Shown here piece after piece: positions 51,596 through 64,000 of a stretch of DNA of 64,000 nucleotides. The translations under genes were made by a program, and so were the position numbers. This DNA is from Octopus sinensis. Its lineage: Eukaryota. The notes beneath the pieces were generated by a model. It worked only from the letters and a program-made list of their open reading frames with translations. It did not search any database and was not told the origin of the DNA. The DNA lies in the NCBI RefSeq assembly GCF_006345805.1, contig NC_043004.1:36084001-36148000 (forward strand). The letters run 5' to 3'. Position 1 is the stretch's first letter, and each line of letters starts with the position of its first letter.

Positions 51596-52000
51596 GCAAA
51601 GGAGTGGCTGTGTGGTAAGTAGCTTGCTTACCAACCACATGGTATAGGTTCAGTCTCACTGCGTGGCACCTTGGGCAAGTGTCTTCTACTATAACCTTGG
51701 GCTAACCAAAGCCTTGGAGTGGATTTGGTAGATGGAAACTGAAAGAAGCCTGTCGTATATATGTATATATGTGTATGTGTGTTTGTGTGTCTGTATTTGT
51801 CTCCCCAACATCACTTGACATCCTATGCTGGTGTGTTTATGTCCCCATAACTTAGCAGTTCAGCAGTTCGGCAGTTCGGCAAAAGAGATTGATAGAACAA
51901 GTACTAGGCTTACGAAAAATAATTTCTGGGGTCGATTTGCTCAACTAAAGATCGTGCTCCAGCATGGCCGCAATTAAATGATAGAAACAAGTAAAAGAGT
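51596..52000 (+). mobile_element. SINE family B, near full length
   Basis: ggcaaaggagtggctgtgtggtaagtagcttgc...gaaacaagtaaaagag; further copies at ~57445-57605, 58690-58955 and 62350-62510 (minus). Confidence 0.85.
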
Positions 52001-53317
52001 AAATATATATATATATATACATACATACATAACTGTGTGTGTGTGATGTTCATCAATACCACCAATTTAATTTCCTTTTTTCTATTCTGGCAGAGGTTAG
52101 AAAAGTCTGCAAGGCAGCGTGCTTTTATCTTGATTCTGCATTATCACATCCATGAGATGTAACATTGTCATATTTGAACTTGTTCCTTATATTTTCTTTG
52201 CTCTGCCTCTATAATCCCGAAACTCTTCCACCCTGTAAGTATTTCTAATTTGCATGATATGTCCATGAGAATTAGACCCCAGGTTACTAGATCTGTTCTT
52301 TGCATAGTGACAGAGGAAAGAGCTTTATGACCAACAGACGTGGTGCTCGAGATGAAATACTTCCTCACCCTATGTAGTGCTGTACATGTCCACAGGTGGA
52401 GCATAGTGAAACAGCTTCAAGATGAAGAGTAAACCGTTTCATGCTTCACAAGCAAGCATGGCCCTGAGATGCAGTGAGCAAACAATTAACATGGCTGGAG
52501 CCATATGTTGCTGCACATAATCCACAATAATCTGGTGACAAGGTGGATAAAGATGGATTGTAAATAAATCTTGTCTTCATCTCTATTTCTATCTCTCTCA
52601 TTTTCTCCCTTTTTTTCCCTCTTTCTTTCTCTCTCCCCCTCACATCTTTGATGCACCACTGAGTGAAAGGCATGAGATGTGACACAATGCTTATACCTGC
52701 CTGTAACTAAATGGGTATCTAAAATGGAACCAATGGCATGGTGCACAAGATAGAAGAAATCCAAAGACGATAGATAAATGGTGACATATTGTGAATTTCT
52801 GTATGCTGGTCATGGCTAAGTGGAAGAATGTCTGCTATTCAAGAACCTGCTCAAATGATTAGTCAGCCCTGTACTAAGGGTCATATTTGTACTTTTGGCC
52901 AACATTCACATGAAACACAGAAACATCTTTGATGAAGTTTCTTCATTATATTTAGAAAAAAATAAATTTGTTCCTGACATCAAGTCCTATTTGATTATGA
53001 AAGACAGCCAAAAAAGAGAACCATCTAAAATAATAATTACCAAAGTACTGATCATGATAATGTCTAAAATTTGTTTTAAAAGAGAAGTTGTGACATTTCT
53101 CCATCTGGTCAGACAAGGTCATTCTTTGTGTATTTCTGTCTGTAATATACAAATTACATCACGGTTTTTTTAATGTAATTTGTTTTCTGTTTTGGTTAAA
53201 TTCTCTTCATAAACTACATATGCATTAAAAATATTTTACATCATATCAACTTATTAAATTTGCTGTAGATACAGCATCGGATTAAGAGCTCACTGATCTT
53301 TTACTCCAATTTGCTAC

Positions 53318-54100
53318 ATCATCATCATCATCATCATCATCATCATTTAGCGTCCATTTTCCATGCTAGCATGGGTTGGATGGTTCAACTGGTGTCTGTG
53401 AAGCCGGAAGGCTTCATCAGGCCCAGTCAGATCTGGCAGTGTTTCTACGGCTGGATGCCCTTCCTAACGCCAACCACTCCGTGAGTGTAGTGGGTGCTTT
53501 TTACGTGCCACCTGCACAGGTGCCGGACAGAGCTGGCAAACGGCCACGAACAGATGGCGCTTTTATGTGCCACCGGCACGGGGGCCAGGCGAGGCTGGCA
53601 ATGGACACGAACGGATGGTGCTTTTTACGTGCCACCAGCACGAGGCCAGTCGGGGCGGCGCTGGCAACGGTCACGAATGGATGGTTCTCTTACGTGCCAC
53701 CAGCACTGGTAACTCAGCTGCAATTTCCATTGATCGATTTCGATTCTGATCCTCACTTGCCTCAACAGGTCTTCACAAGTAGAGTTTTGTGTCCCAAGAA
53801 GGGAAGGTATGCATACGTAGGCTGGCTCCATGCCATGTAGAAGGCCACGGGTTATGGTCTCACTTGTCCTGCCGGGTCTTCTCGCGCACAGCATACTTCC
53901 AGAAGTCTCGGTCTCTAGTCATTTCCTCAGTGAGACCTAAAGTTCGAAGGTCGTGCTTCACCACCTCGTCCCAGGTTTTCCTGGGTCTGCCTCTTCCACA
54001 GGTTCCCTCAACCGTTAGCGTGTGGCACTTTTTCACACAACTATCTTCATCCATTCTCGCCACATGCCCATACCAGCGTGTGTGATTTGTGGTATGTATA
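53318..54100 (-). mobile_element. 5'-truncated RTE LINE: ORF end plus repeat-containing 3'UTR and (GAT)n tail
   Basis: RWYGHVARMDEDSCVKKC..GRGRPRKTWDEVVKHDL..W..AV; the 3'UTR is family C. Confidence 0.9.
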
Positions 54101-55312
54101 GGCAGCAAAGATTATCCTATATTTAATTAGTGTGAACATATTGTAGAGAGCATAACAAGATATAATTAAAAATATTTATACAATGAGGAAAAGGTGTCAT
54201 TATCTTAATGGTTGCTTTTTCAGCTATACATGGAGTAAACCAAGGTTGTGCATTCACTCCAATGCTGTGTGTGGAAAGATTGCAAGTGAGCTCACAGATG
54301 AAGTGTATGTCTGTACAAAAAATAGATAATACATTAGTGAACACTGAAGGCTAAGATCCACAAGGAAGTACTATGACATGAACATTCATGATCTTTTGTT
54401 TTTTTTACTGATGACTCAATTTTGAAGAACCATTCTCTAAAAGATACCACTGTTCAATGTCCACAAAATAGGTTTCGGCCACTTAGCTGAAGATGTCTAA
54501 TAAGACTAAAACATGACTGAAATTGTTACCCACACATGCCAAAATAATTAATACAATAATTGTCATTGTTCTAATATTGTCTTTTCTTATCATGTGAAGT
54601 ATTGTGAATGAGATTTTTTTATGCTTGCTGTATCAGTTGATATTCTTTAAATTCTATAGCAACCTGTTTCACATGGCAAACAGGTATATGCATCAGATTG
54701 CCTGGGATATCCTGACAAACTAACCACTGAGATTGGTCTTCTCTCATTCACCTGATTATATGAAACCAAACCAAGTATCAGGCCTTAAAGTTTTCTCATT
54801 CTTCAGATTTACAGCTGAGTATAAACGTGTTATTGTCATGTTCCTCATCTTGTTACAAAGTGTACCAAAGAGAAACTTGGAACTGTTTTCAAATGTAAAT
54901 CCCTAGCTACTTCATGAATTTACTTTCCAAATAACTTTGCACTTTTCATTAATTCTAATGGTAAATTAGCAAAACTTAGCAAAATAGTTCTGTTCTTTCT
55001 TCATGCAAAAATTTTCATTTTCCCATTGTATTCATCATCATCATCATCATCATCATTTAATGACTTCTTTTCCATATTTGTGTGAGTCAAACAGAATTTG
55101 TTGAGGCATATTTTCTATGGCCAGATGCCCTTCCTGTCATCAACCCTCACTTGTTTCCAAGCAAGCTAATATTTCTCATGACCAGACATGTTTTTGCACA
55201 GAAACCTTGAACTGCAAAACATCACTTGCATGATGGTGATGTTCATTTACAACCATTGCCTAATGTCGAGACAAGGGTATTCACATACATACACACAAAT
55301 ACATGCATGCAT

Positions 55313-55348
<36 letters not shown>

Positions 55349-58199
55349 ACAATTATCATCATCATCATCATCGTTTAACGCCCGCTTTCCATGCTAGCAT
55401 GGGTTGGACGATTGACTGAGGGCTGGCGAACCAGATGGCTGCACCAGGCTTCAATCTTGATCTGGCAGAGTTTCTACAGCTGGATGCCTTTCCTAATGCC
55501 AACCACTCCGAGAGTGTAGTGGGTACTTTTACGTGCCACCGGCACGGGGCCAGTCAGAAGGCACTGGCAATGACCTCACTCGAATCTTTTACACATGCCA
55601 CCGGCACAGGTGCCAGTAAGGCGATGCTGGTAACGGGGCTTCCAAATTCATGCACATGGGATTAGTTGGCCTAGGGCTATAGTAGATGACACTTGTATGG
55701 GACTGAACCCAAAACCACATGGTTAGAAAGCAAGCATTTTCAACCACTACAGTCACACGTCTATGCTTCTGCTTGAAGATAAATTCGATCTGATAGTGTG
55801 AGCCAAACTTAAATCCCTTGTATTACAGAAAACTCATTCCATCGACAACTTGTTATAATCTTGTTTCTTTTATTACACTTCTCTCAAAGCGTTTAGTATT
55901 TAGTGTTTAGTGTCAACATCGTTCCACTAATCCTTTAGTCCACTACAAACATAGAAATCTCAGTGACCAGAGTGTAAATGTGTGACTAAAGACTTTCGCA
56001 TGATATACTATTGCAGAAATGTAATTAAAAAAATCAACAAATACATTATATGTGTGGCTTTCACAATGAAACTGTCACCATTTTATATAAGAAGGAATCT
56101 CATTTAAATACACTAACCATTCCAATCATCTCTTGTTTTTAAGCCATTCCATTGATTCCCTACTAAATTATTTTGGTTTTCCAACTCACTCGGTTGTTAG
56201 ATTAATTCAGAACCAAGGGACTGCTTCTCTCTCTCCCGCTCACTCTGCCCCCCTCTATCTCTCACTCAGCCCCCTATCTTTCTCTTTCTCTCTCTCTTTC
56301 TGATAATATTCTGGTCAGGACACTCACATCATTTGTCCACTCAGCCATTTTATGTTTTCCTGCAAATCATTCATGTCATCTCTCTGGACCAACGTGTTAC
56401 AGTAGTAAACATTAAAGATACTTGGTTTTTATTTTAGTGTATTTGTTTTTATTCTATATGTTTTGTTTGTTCTGTATTTTTATGCAGAGATACACTTCAC
56501 TCTCTGTTTGTTATTTTAATTTTTTTTCTTAGGTCAAGGGCAAATTTCAAGCCATTAAATTAATCAATTTAAAATCTATTTTTGAGGAGGAATAATGTCA
56601 TATAAATCGGATGACTGAAGAATGTGTTATAGAAGATAATGGCTTTATATTATTTTCAGACACTCAAAGCTTCTCTGGCACTATTTTTACTGTTAATGGA
56701 TCTTGCTTGTAGTCATATGAAAATAGCCATGCTTAGTACAGGCAGTTCTGACAGAGAAATAGCCAACAGCGGTGAGGTGGGTCTTTGTTCACAGTTGTGG
56801 AAGAGGTAAGTAATATGACTGGTAGCAGCAACGACAACAGTGGGGGCGCAATGGCCCAGTGGTTAGGGCAGCAGACTCGCAGATGTAAGAATGCGGTTTC
56901 GATTCCCAGACCGGGCATTGTGAGTGTTTATTGTGGTGGTGAACGCCGCTTTACTCTTTCACCACAACTTTCTCCCATTCTTTCTTCCTACTTCTGCCAC
57001 AAAGCAGAGGAAATATGGTGTAACCCACTATGATGTGGTAAACTTTCAGACCCCAGTCTAGATTGTGAATCCTCTGTACCCCAGGATGGTTCAGCTCTCC
57101 ACCCGTCAAAAGCCACCATTTACGGAATGAGGATAACAACGTAGCTTATGCGCTCGTGCAACCGCCAGTCTATCGTGTGTGGTGGGCGGATCTTCAAGTT
57201 GCCACACACATTCTTAGTAGCTTAGAGTAGGCTCAAATTAGAGATTATTCTTTGTGAGTCCTGATTGGAAGAAAGAGAAGAAGAAGAAGAAGAAGAAGAA
57301 TTGTAGAAATGGCTGAACAATGACACCACAAGGTCCAGATGGTAAAATTGCAGAATTGGTACAGCAATGGTTGTTTTATTTTTTTCACCTACACAGTGCC
57401 AAATAGGACAGTTAGATCAATTAAAATGGAAATATTGATATATTGTATAGGCACAGAATGACTATATGGTAAGAAGCTTCCCAACCACATGGTTCTGGGT
57501 TCAGTTCCACTCCATGGCACCTTGGACAAGTGTCTTCTACTCTAGCCCTGGGCCAAACAAAGCTTTGTGAGTGGATTTGGTAGGTGGAAACTGAAAGAAG
57601 CCTGTTGTATCATCATCATCATTTAGTTCTCCATGCTGGCATGGGTTGTACACTTTGCCATGAGCTGACCAAGCTCCTATTTGTTTTGGCAGGGTTTCTA
57701 TAGTTGGATACCCTTCTTAATGCCAACCACCTTCCAGAGTGCTTTTAATGTGACAGTGGCACGTGTACTTTTATGTGACACTGGTATGGCCTCTTCTACG
57801 AGGCACCAGCTCCTGCAAGCTCATAAAACTAGGACCTCTCAGCTGAAAGAGGGACACAGAAGACATATCTGTATGTATCGACAGTCACAATTTTAATTAG
57901 TCTGACATATCTTCTCACCAAAAGCAAACTGCCAGAAATCTGTCCCTCTTTTCAAGCTTTCACATGCCCTCAGAAGTCACAGCCCATGTTTCACTGTCAT
58001 GTAGCACAGCTGTTCACATGCAGGCTTCATACAATCTATCTTTCACTCTGAGGGGGGAGGCCCTTTGTTACCACCAAAGATAGAAGCTCTCTGAACTTTA
58101 CCAAGCCTGTTATTATTCAAACAACTGCACTATCAGAACTACTGCCACCATAGCTAACTTGGTTGCTGAAGTAACAGGAACTATTTACTACTTCTAAGG

Positions 58200-58600
58200 A
58201 TCCCCCTGGACATTTAAGGGAGTCTGTTTCCGTACAATTCTAGAGTTTACTGTACCACACACTAAGACTGCTTTCCATCAGTTACTGCTGCACCTCTTAT
58301 GTGTTTATAGCTTGCATCAGGTACACTGTATGGAGTTTCTATCTACACTTTTTCTCCATATTGAGCAGAGCCATTTCCCTACTTACTAGAACTTTGGTCT
58401 TAGCTAAATGAACTCTAAAGCTCTTAGCTTCCAGACCTTGCTTAAACACCTGAAATTTCCTCCATTGTTCAGGTAGTGATTCAGTTATAAAAACAAGGTC
58501 ATCAGCATAGAGGAGATCCCAAGAGTAACCAATCTTAAACTCCTCTGTTATTACGTGGTGGGTTATGATAAACAAGAGGGTGCTGAAAGCCAAACTTTGG
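58200..58600 (-). mobile_element. RTE LINE RT fragment
   Basis: LLYADDLVFI..GLEAKSFRVHLAKTKVLV. Confidence 0.8.
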
Positions 58601-58637
58601 TGAACTCCTATCTGTATGCCAAATTCCTAGCTATACT

Positions 58638-58688
<51 letters not shown>

Positions 58689-59611
58689 ACATAATATATT
58701 CATAGGTGTGTATGTGTGCGTGTGTTTTTCTCCCTTTGTTTCTGTGTTTGTTCCCTCCCCCTCCACTGCTTGACAGCTGGTATTGGTATGCTTACACCCC
58801 CTTAACTGAGCAGACTGGCAAAGGAACTGATGGAATGGGTATTACTAGTCTTCAAAAAGGAAGGAAGTTCTGGGGTTGATTCATTCAGTTAAAAATTCTT
58901 CAAGGTGGTTCCCCTGGTGGCAGTGTGTGATGACTGAAACAAGCAAAAGATAAAAGATTTGGGAAATGTTACAATTTTAAAACAACTACTTGTCAAAAAT
59001 GATAATAAAGGAAGACGAAAAAGAAATTGAAAAATATAAGAGCACATTATTGCTTTGTAAACCTTACATCTGTAGAGCCATACAAACCATGCAATACCTT
59101 AGTTCTACCTGACAATTGATTAGGTGCTAATAAATATTTTGATATTTTGCTTCTCATGGTGAAACTTGAAGCAGATAAAGCTATGAATGATAGTGTGTAA
59201 AAATTGAGTAAAAAAGAAAACAAACTTTTGAATGTAAATAGCCAAAAACTACCTGTGGATATTGCCCCAAATGTCTTTCACTTGTAGTTTCTTCTCCATA
59301 TTTTGGACAAAAATATTCTTCATTCTATATAGATGGACACAGAAGTGGAAAGATCAAATGATATTAAAGTCTACACTCATAAATTACTTGTTTTAATTTA
59401 CAGTAGGTATTTAATGAATTCTTTCACAGAATATTATATTTTTCATTACCTCAGTTTACCTGACTGATAAGGATACATGTCAGATCATAGTGGAATGATA
59501 TTTTTCATTTACTGGGTTATCATCTAAAAGAAGAGTTATCTCCCAGCTGTTTTAAACCATAAAATCAGAGCTAAGCATGAATGTTGTATATTTATCTAAG
59601 AAAATCCCATG

Positions 59612-61190
59612 GAACATAATTTTAATGTGTTGATCAAAGAAAAGGAAATGGTTGCTTGAATATTTAGTGGCAGACCTCTGGGACTCTGGATCAGTATTCA
59701 ATTCTTTAGTATTAAAGTTATGATAAAACTTTATCACTTGACCAGTGCTCCAGTTGGGGCCATCCAGTTTATGATTATGCTGATTTACTTCCACGAAACA
59801 TATCATGTGACTATCTAGAAGCTCCTGTATTAACTTATGTTTGTGTATTAGTCTTTTAGTTGAGCCTTGTAGTGATTAGTATTAATTAACTCATTACCAC
59901 AGGTAAATCTTTAATATCACAGATTTATCTGTAGCAGCACAAGCAGTCAGCGCCATATTGGATGAGATCTTGCAGCAGCCATTCCCATCTCCGAGATTGG
60001 AGCGAGACCTCACCTGCATCCATTTACCATGCGTGAGATCACAATAAGGCTCACGATGGCAAACTGTATATAAGGGCAGAACAGAAACAGATTCACTCTC
60101 TCTCTCTGCTTCTACACAGCAGTGCTTGCTGAGCACACTTCTCTGGCTGGGCTTGTCTGCATGTTGTACCTCCAGAGGCAATGTGCCTGCACTAATGGAG
60201 ATGCAACACCATGCACACAGCATGAGATGGTTGCTGAGAGCAACGCATTTCACCTATTCTGTGAAACTTGTAAATAAACCAGTTGTAAATTGCATTTGTA
60301 CTTCTTCCTTCACCTGCCAGAGCCTGAACTACACAAAGAACAAGATATAATGGGAGAAGGTGATATTCATCCGATATCGTAAACCTTGCCTTCCATTATA
60401 TATCCACGGACAGGAAGATGAAGAATATCCCCAAATGGAGTTCTTAATGAATATGATGTTCTTAAACAGGATTTATTCCTAAGAAATTTCTGAAAAAGAA
60501 CTGTGACATAATTTACAAAAATATTATGTTGTTATACTAATTTTATTTTAGTACAGTCATTGACCTTATATACTAATTTGGTACTAACATATTTCGTTTG
60601 AAATACGCCACCTTTGTTGTAGTTACTTTAGAAGTTTTTGAAGAATTTAGTAAAATATCTCTGTCATTATTAAACTGGCGCTTGGAACATAAATTGATAT
60701 GGAATTTTGATGAAAGGTTTTAATTTAGATCCCTTTAAAACAGGAAATTTGTATCATGGAACCATATGCAGGCCTGAGTGGGTTGGTATCAAAATGGTTA
60801 AACTGTTGTTGTTGTTTTTGCACAAACAATAATATTAAATAAATCTGTCAATTTACTCCATCCTGAAGCATTTCCTGTCCTTGGATGAATCTGTGCTATT
60901 AAAGATTTACCTGTGGTAATGAGTTAATTAATATTAATCACTACAAGGCTAATACACTAACATAAGTTAATACAGGAGCTTCTAGATAGTCACATGATAT
61001 GTTTTGTGAAAGTAAATCAGCATAATCATAAACTGGATCCCCCAACTGGAGCACTGGTCAAGTGGTAACGTTTGATCATAAATTTAATGCTAAGGAATTG
61101 AATACTCTTTGATCCAGAGTCCCAGAGGTCTGCCACTAAATATTCAAGCAACCATTTCCTTTTTTCTTAGATCTACACAAGCATGATGTT
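59612..61190. repeat. ~320-bp inverted repeat (59612-59929 / 60886-61190)
   Basis: e.g. gaatatttagtggcagacctctgggactctggatc vs gatccagagtcccagaggtctgccactaaatattc. Confidence 0.9.
59930..60400 (+). mobile_element. Probable solo LTR (~470 bp)
   Basis: Starts TGTA and ends TATA (decayed TACA?); 4-bp direct repeat TATC at 59926-59929 and 60401-60404; TATATAA at 60067, AATAAA at 60273; interrupts one arm of an inverted repeat. Confidence 0.5.
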
Positions 61191-62064
61191 CCTAAATTAA
61201 TGAACTAAAACTTTCCCTTGTCAACTAATTAAGCTGCTAATGATCAAATGCTAAACTTTAATCATTGATTCATTCATTAACCAACCTTTTATGCTCCATC
61301 TTGTAAATTGCTTCAAGATATTCGAAAATGTCTTGTAAGATAATCAGTTTTTCTCCAGAATTTTTGGGTTTTTCAAATATTGGATGAAAATCAGCGAAAT
61401 AGTTAAAACATTGTATGATGTAACAATAGTTTTACAGTGAGACAAAAGTTTTATGGTAATTAAAGGTGACATATCAGAGATTTCCTTGTAAAACAGCAAC
61501 AGCAATGTGTTTCAGAGGCACACAATGGCTAGTTGATATTTTATTTTATGCTAAACGTTTATTAAAGGAGAAATGGAATTCAATAATCATCGTTTTAATC
61601 TCTACTTTTTTATGCTTGTATGGGTCAAACAGAGTTTATTGAGGCAGAATTTGCCTGTACCAAATGGTGTTTGTGGAGGCAGATGTCTGGATGCCCTTCT
61701 GGAAGTGAGTGGCACTACTTGTATGATGGTAATGTTTATATATGGCATGATGCTAAGACAAGGAGACACAAATCCTTGCTTCTGCACATGCACACAGACA
61801 CATACACACTCACAAATACATACATAAAAACATATGTAGTATGTGTGTGAGTGTGCATATATATATATCAGACGCATTCTTATCTGTCTCCTCTTCTATC
61901 TTTTCTCTTGTCAAAAACAATATTTCTCTAGCATTCACTACTTTACCTCGTCTGGCCTAATGGCCCTCTGTGCTTGTTTTCATTTGTTTTGTTTTATGTC
62001 CCCACTGTCCTGTTTTTGTTACCAACATTGATCCTCTGCAAATCCCAAATTTTATTTTTATTTG

Positions 62065-62127
62065 CTTCATATTGTTGTTAAATGCTCGAAATGAGGAGTA
62101 GATGGACATCAGACAACTGATGAAAGG
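62065..62127 (+). ncRNA. Candidate non-circularly permuted hammerhead ribozyme (copy 2, more decayed)
   Basis: CTTCAT A^ TTGTTG ttaaatg CTC GAA ATGAGG agtagatggacat CAGACAA CTGATGA AAGG. Confidence 0.5.
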
Positions 62128-62304
62128 TCGTACTTTATGTTACTTGTCTTGTTTTCCATTTCTTTACCTCATTTGTCTTTGTATTTCATTTTGTTTATGT
62201 ATGTATGTACATATATGTATGTATATATGCATCTAGATATATTTTATTTATATTATTATATGACTGAATGCCACACATCCATTTCCAAGTAAGTTTATCT
62301 TTTA

Positions 62305-62350
<46 letters not shown>

Positions 62351-63684
62351 ACAGTCTTACTTTAGTTTCTATCTACGATATCCATAGACATGACTTTGTT
62401 CAGCCCAGGGCTATAGTAGAAGACACTTGGCCAAGGTGCTGTGCAGTGGGACTGAACATGAAACCAAGTGGTTAGGTAATGAACTTCTGAACCAGACAGC
62501 CATACCATGTAATTAATCAGCCCCTAAAACTTAATCTCAGTACCTACAACTGGTAAATACCTGCCACCAACAGCTACAGCTCTGTAGTACTGGTGGTGCT
62601 GATGAGGTCACAATGTAGTTGGTTACTTCTGTTAGTGGGTCAGAAGCCAGTAAAATAAGCAAATAATCAACTGTGTTGATCATAGTGTGTAAAAGACAGT
62701 TATTAATGAGGTGTAAAAGTTGAAGTTTGCAGTGGTAGGATTTGAATTCCAAATGTAATAAAATACAAAGAAATATCATAGTATTTCTTCCTTCCTTTGT
62801 AAGTGTTTCTTTTGCTTATCACGTCAACAAACTGTGTTTCTTGGTTTAAGCAATGAACAAATTTCGTGCAAGCTATTATGTAATACAGTTTAAGTATCTA
62901 TAAAAAGTGATGAAACCCAACAACCTGTCACATTTCAAAAAAAAATAAGCATGCTAGGAAACAAAACAAGAGTAAAAGTTTAAAATCTGCCTGCAAACCA
63001 AACTGTAAAAATGGTTTATTTTATCTCCAATAAATAAAGGGTTTCTTTTGCAAGCCAATGTAATTATTTGTTGGTTTGCACACCTTAGGACATAGCTACC
63101 ACAAACAGCAGGTAGAGCTTGCTACCTGAACTACTGTAGAAGTCAGAACTGTTGTCTTAGTGATTCTGTTCAATGATAGAAGTAGTTATATAAACAAGAC
63201 AACTGAGCTGAGGAAAGACTTTTAAAATGTACGAAAATCTCATTTACCTTCTGATATTGACTCCAATTTTTAGACCCTCACCCACGGCCTGTCATAACTA
63301 ACACTGTGATAAACATGATAATATTTCAACTCTGCAGACAAAACAAGACATAATTTGACAGTTTACTTTCTAAATATCATATGTGCCTAATATATAATAC
63401 CCCAAATATATATTAATAATTTTATTTATTCACAATGATGCTATAATTAAAGTGTGTTTCATTCTGAAAAGATTTTCTCCCAACAAACAGTGAATTTATT
63501 AATTATAGTTTTGGAATGGAACACTGCCTCGTATTTGCAGCTAAATATTTAAAGTGTTCATAAATATCTTTCAATAATAACAACCAGCTTTTGTGGGAAA
63601 GGTTGCTGTTATTGTTGCACTATCAACATCATCTCTGTCACTACAACCACCATTATCCCCTCCACCACTACTCCAGTGAAAGTT

Positions 63685-63718
63685 GCTGCTGCTACTGCTG
63701 CTGCTACTACTGCTGCTG

Positions 63719-63761
<43 letters not shown>

Positions 63762-63765
63762 AACA
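63685..63765. repeat. (GCT)n/(ACT)n microsatellite; (GTT)n follows at 63966-64000
   Basis: Read directly from the sequence. Confidence 0.95.
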
Positions 63766-63965
63766 AAAGTGTCTCTCTCACATCTTGGTTGAGTGGTTGC
63801 TTAGCCCCTGTTGAAAGATATTCCAAGTGCAACATCATCATTCCTTGTCCATCTAGGACTACAGTACCTAATGTCCTTCCCTTAAGATAGGATAATGTTG
63901 AGTGTAAGTTGAAGGAAATCTGAGTGTTAGTTTTTGCAAATCAAGTCACACCAATCAGGGTCTTT

Positions 63966-64000
<35 letters not shown>

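Noticed and set aside
53480-53710. ~60-bp GC-rich repeats as a CRISPR or regulatory array (also 8380-8660 and 49650-49850)
   Set aside because: Degenerate tandem repeats internal to the RTE 3'UTR family, present in every longer copy.
62537-62779. Possible minus-strand exon or ORF (EVTNYIVTSSAPPVLQ...)
   Set aside because: Splice signals ambiguous and no recognisable homology; insufficient support.

Overview
Eukaryotic, AT-rich, extremely microsatellite- and transposon-dense DNA. The repeat style suggests an octopus or other coleoid cephalopod, but this is inference only. No host protein-coding gene can be supported. Recognisable mobile elements: several SINE families; RTE, R4/Dong-like and CR1-like LINE fragments; Tc1/mariner and TTAA (piggyBac-type) MITEs; a young near-complete Gypsy LTR retrotransposon (35600-40133, minus); a decayed Merlin/IS1595-like transposase interrupted by a non-autonomous GGTCAAT-ended element that itself carries a head-to-tail Helitron-like array. 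The most interesting signal is RNA-level. Short units inserted in (TA)n tracts carry hammerhead ribozymes (HHRs): two homologous canonical type I HHRs with a 59-nt stem II and compensatory stem I changes, a perfect 116-bp palindrome encoding an HHR on each strand, and fold-back half-HHRs. Two divergent copies (41349-41409 minus, 62065-62127 plus) of a candidate non-circularly permuted (pseudoknotted) hammerhead show covarying stems I and III. All folds were paired by eye, not computed; repeat boundaries are approximate unless a TSD or TIR is quoted.
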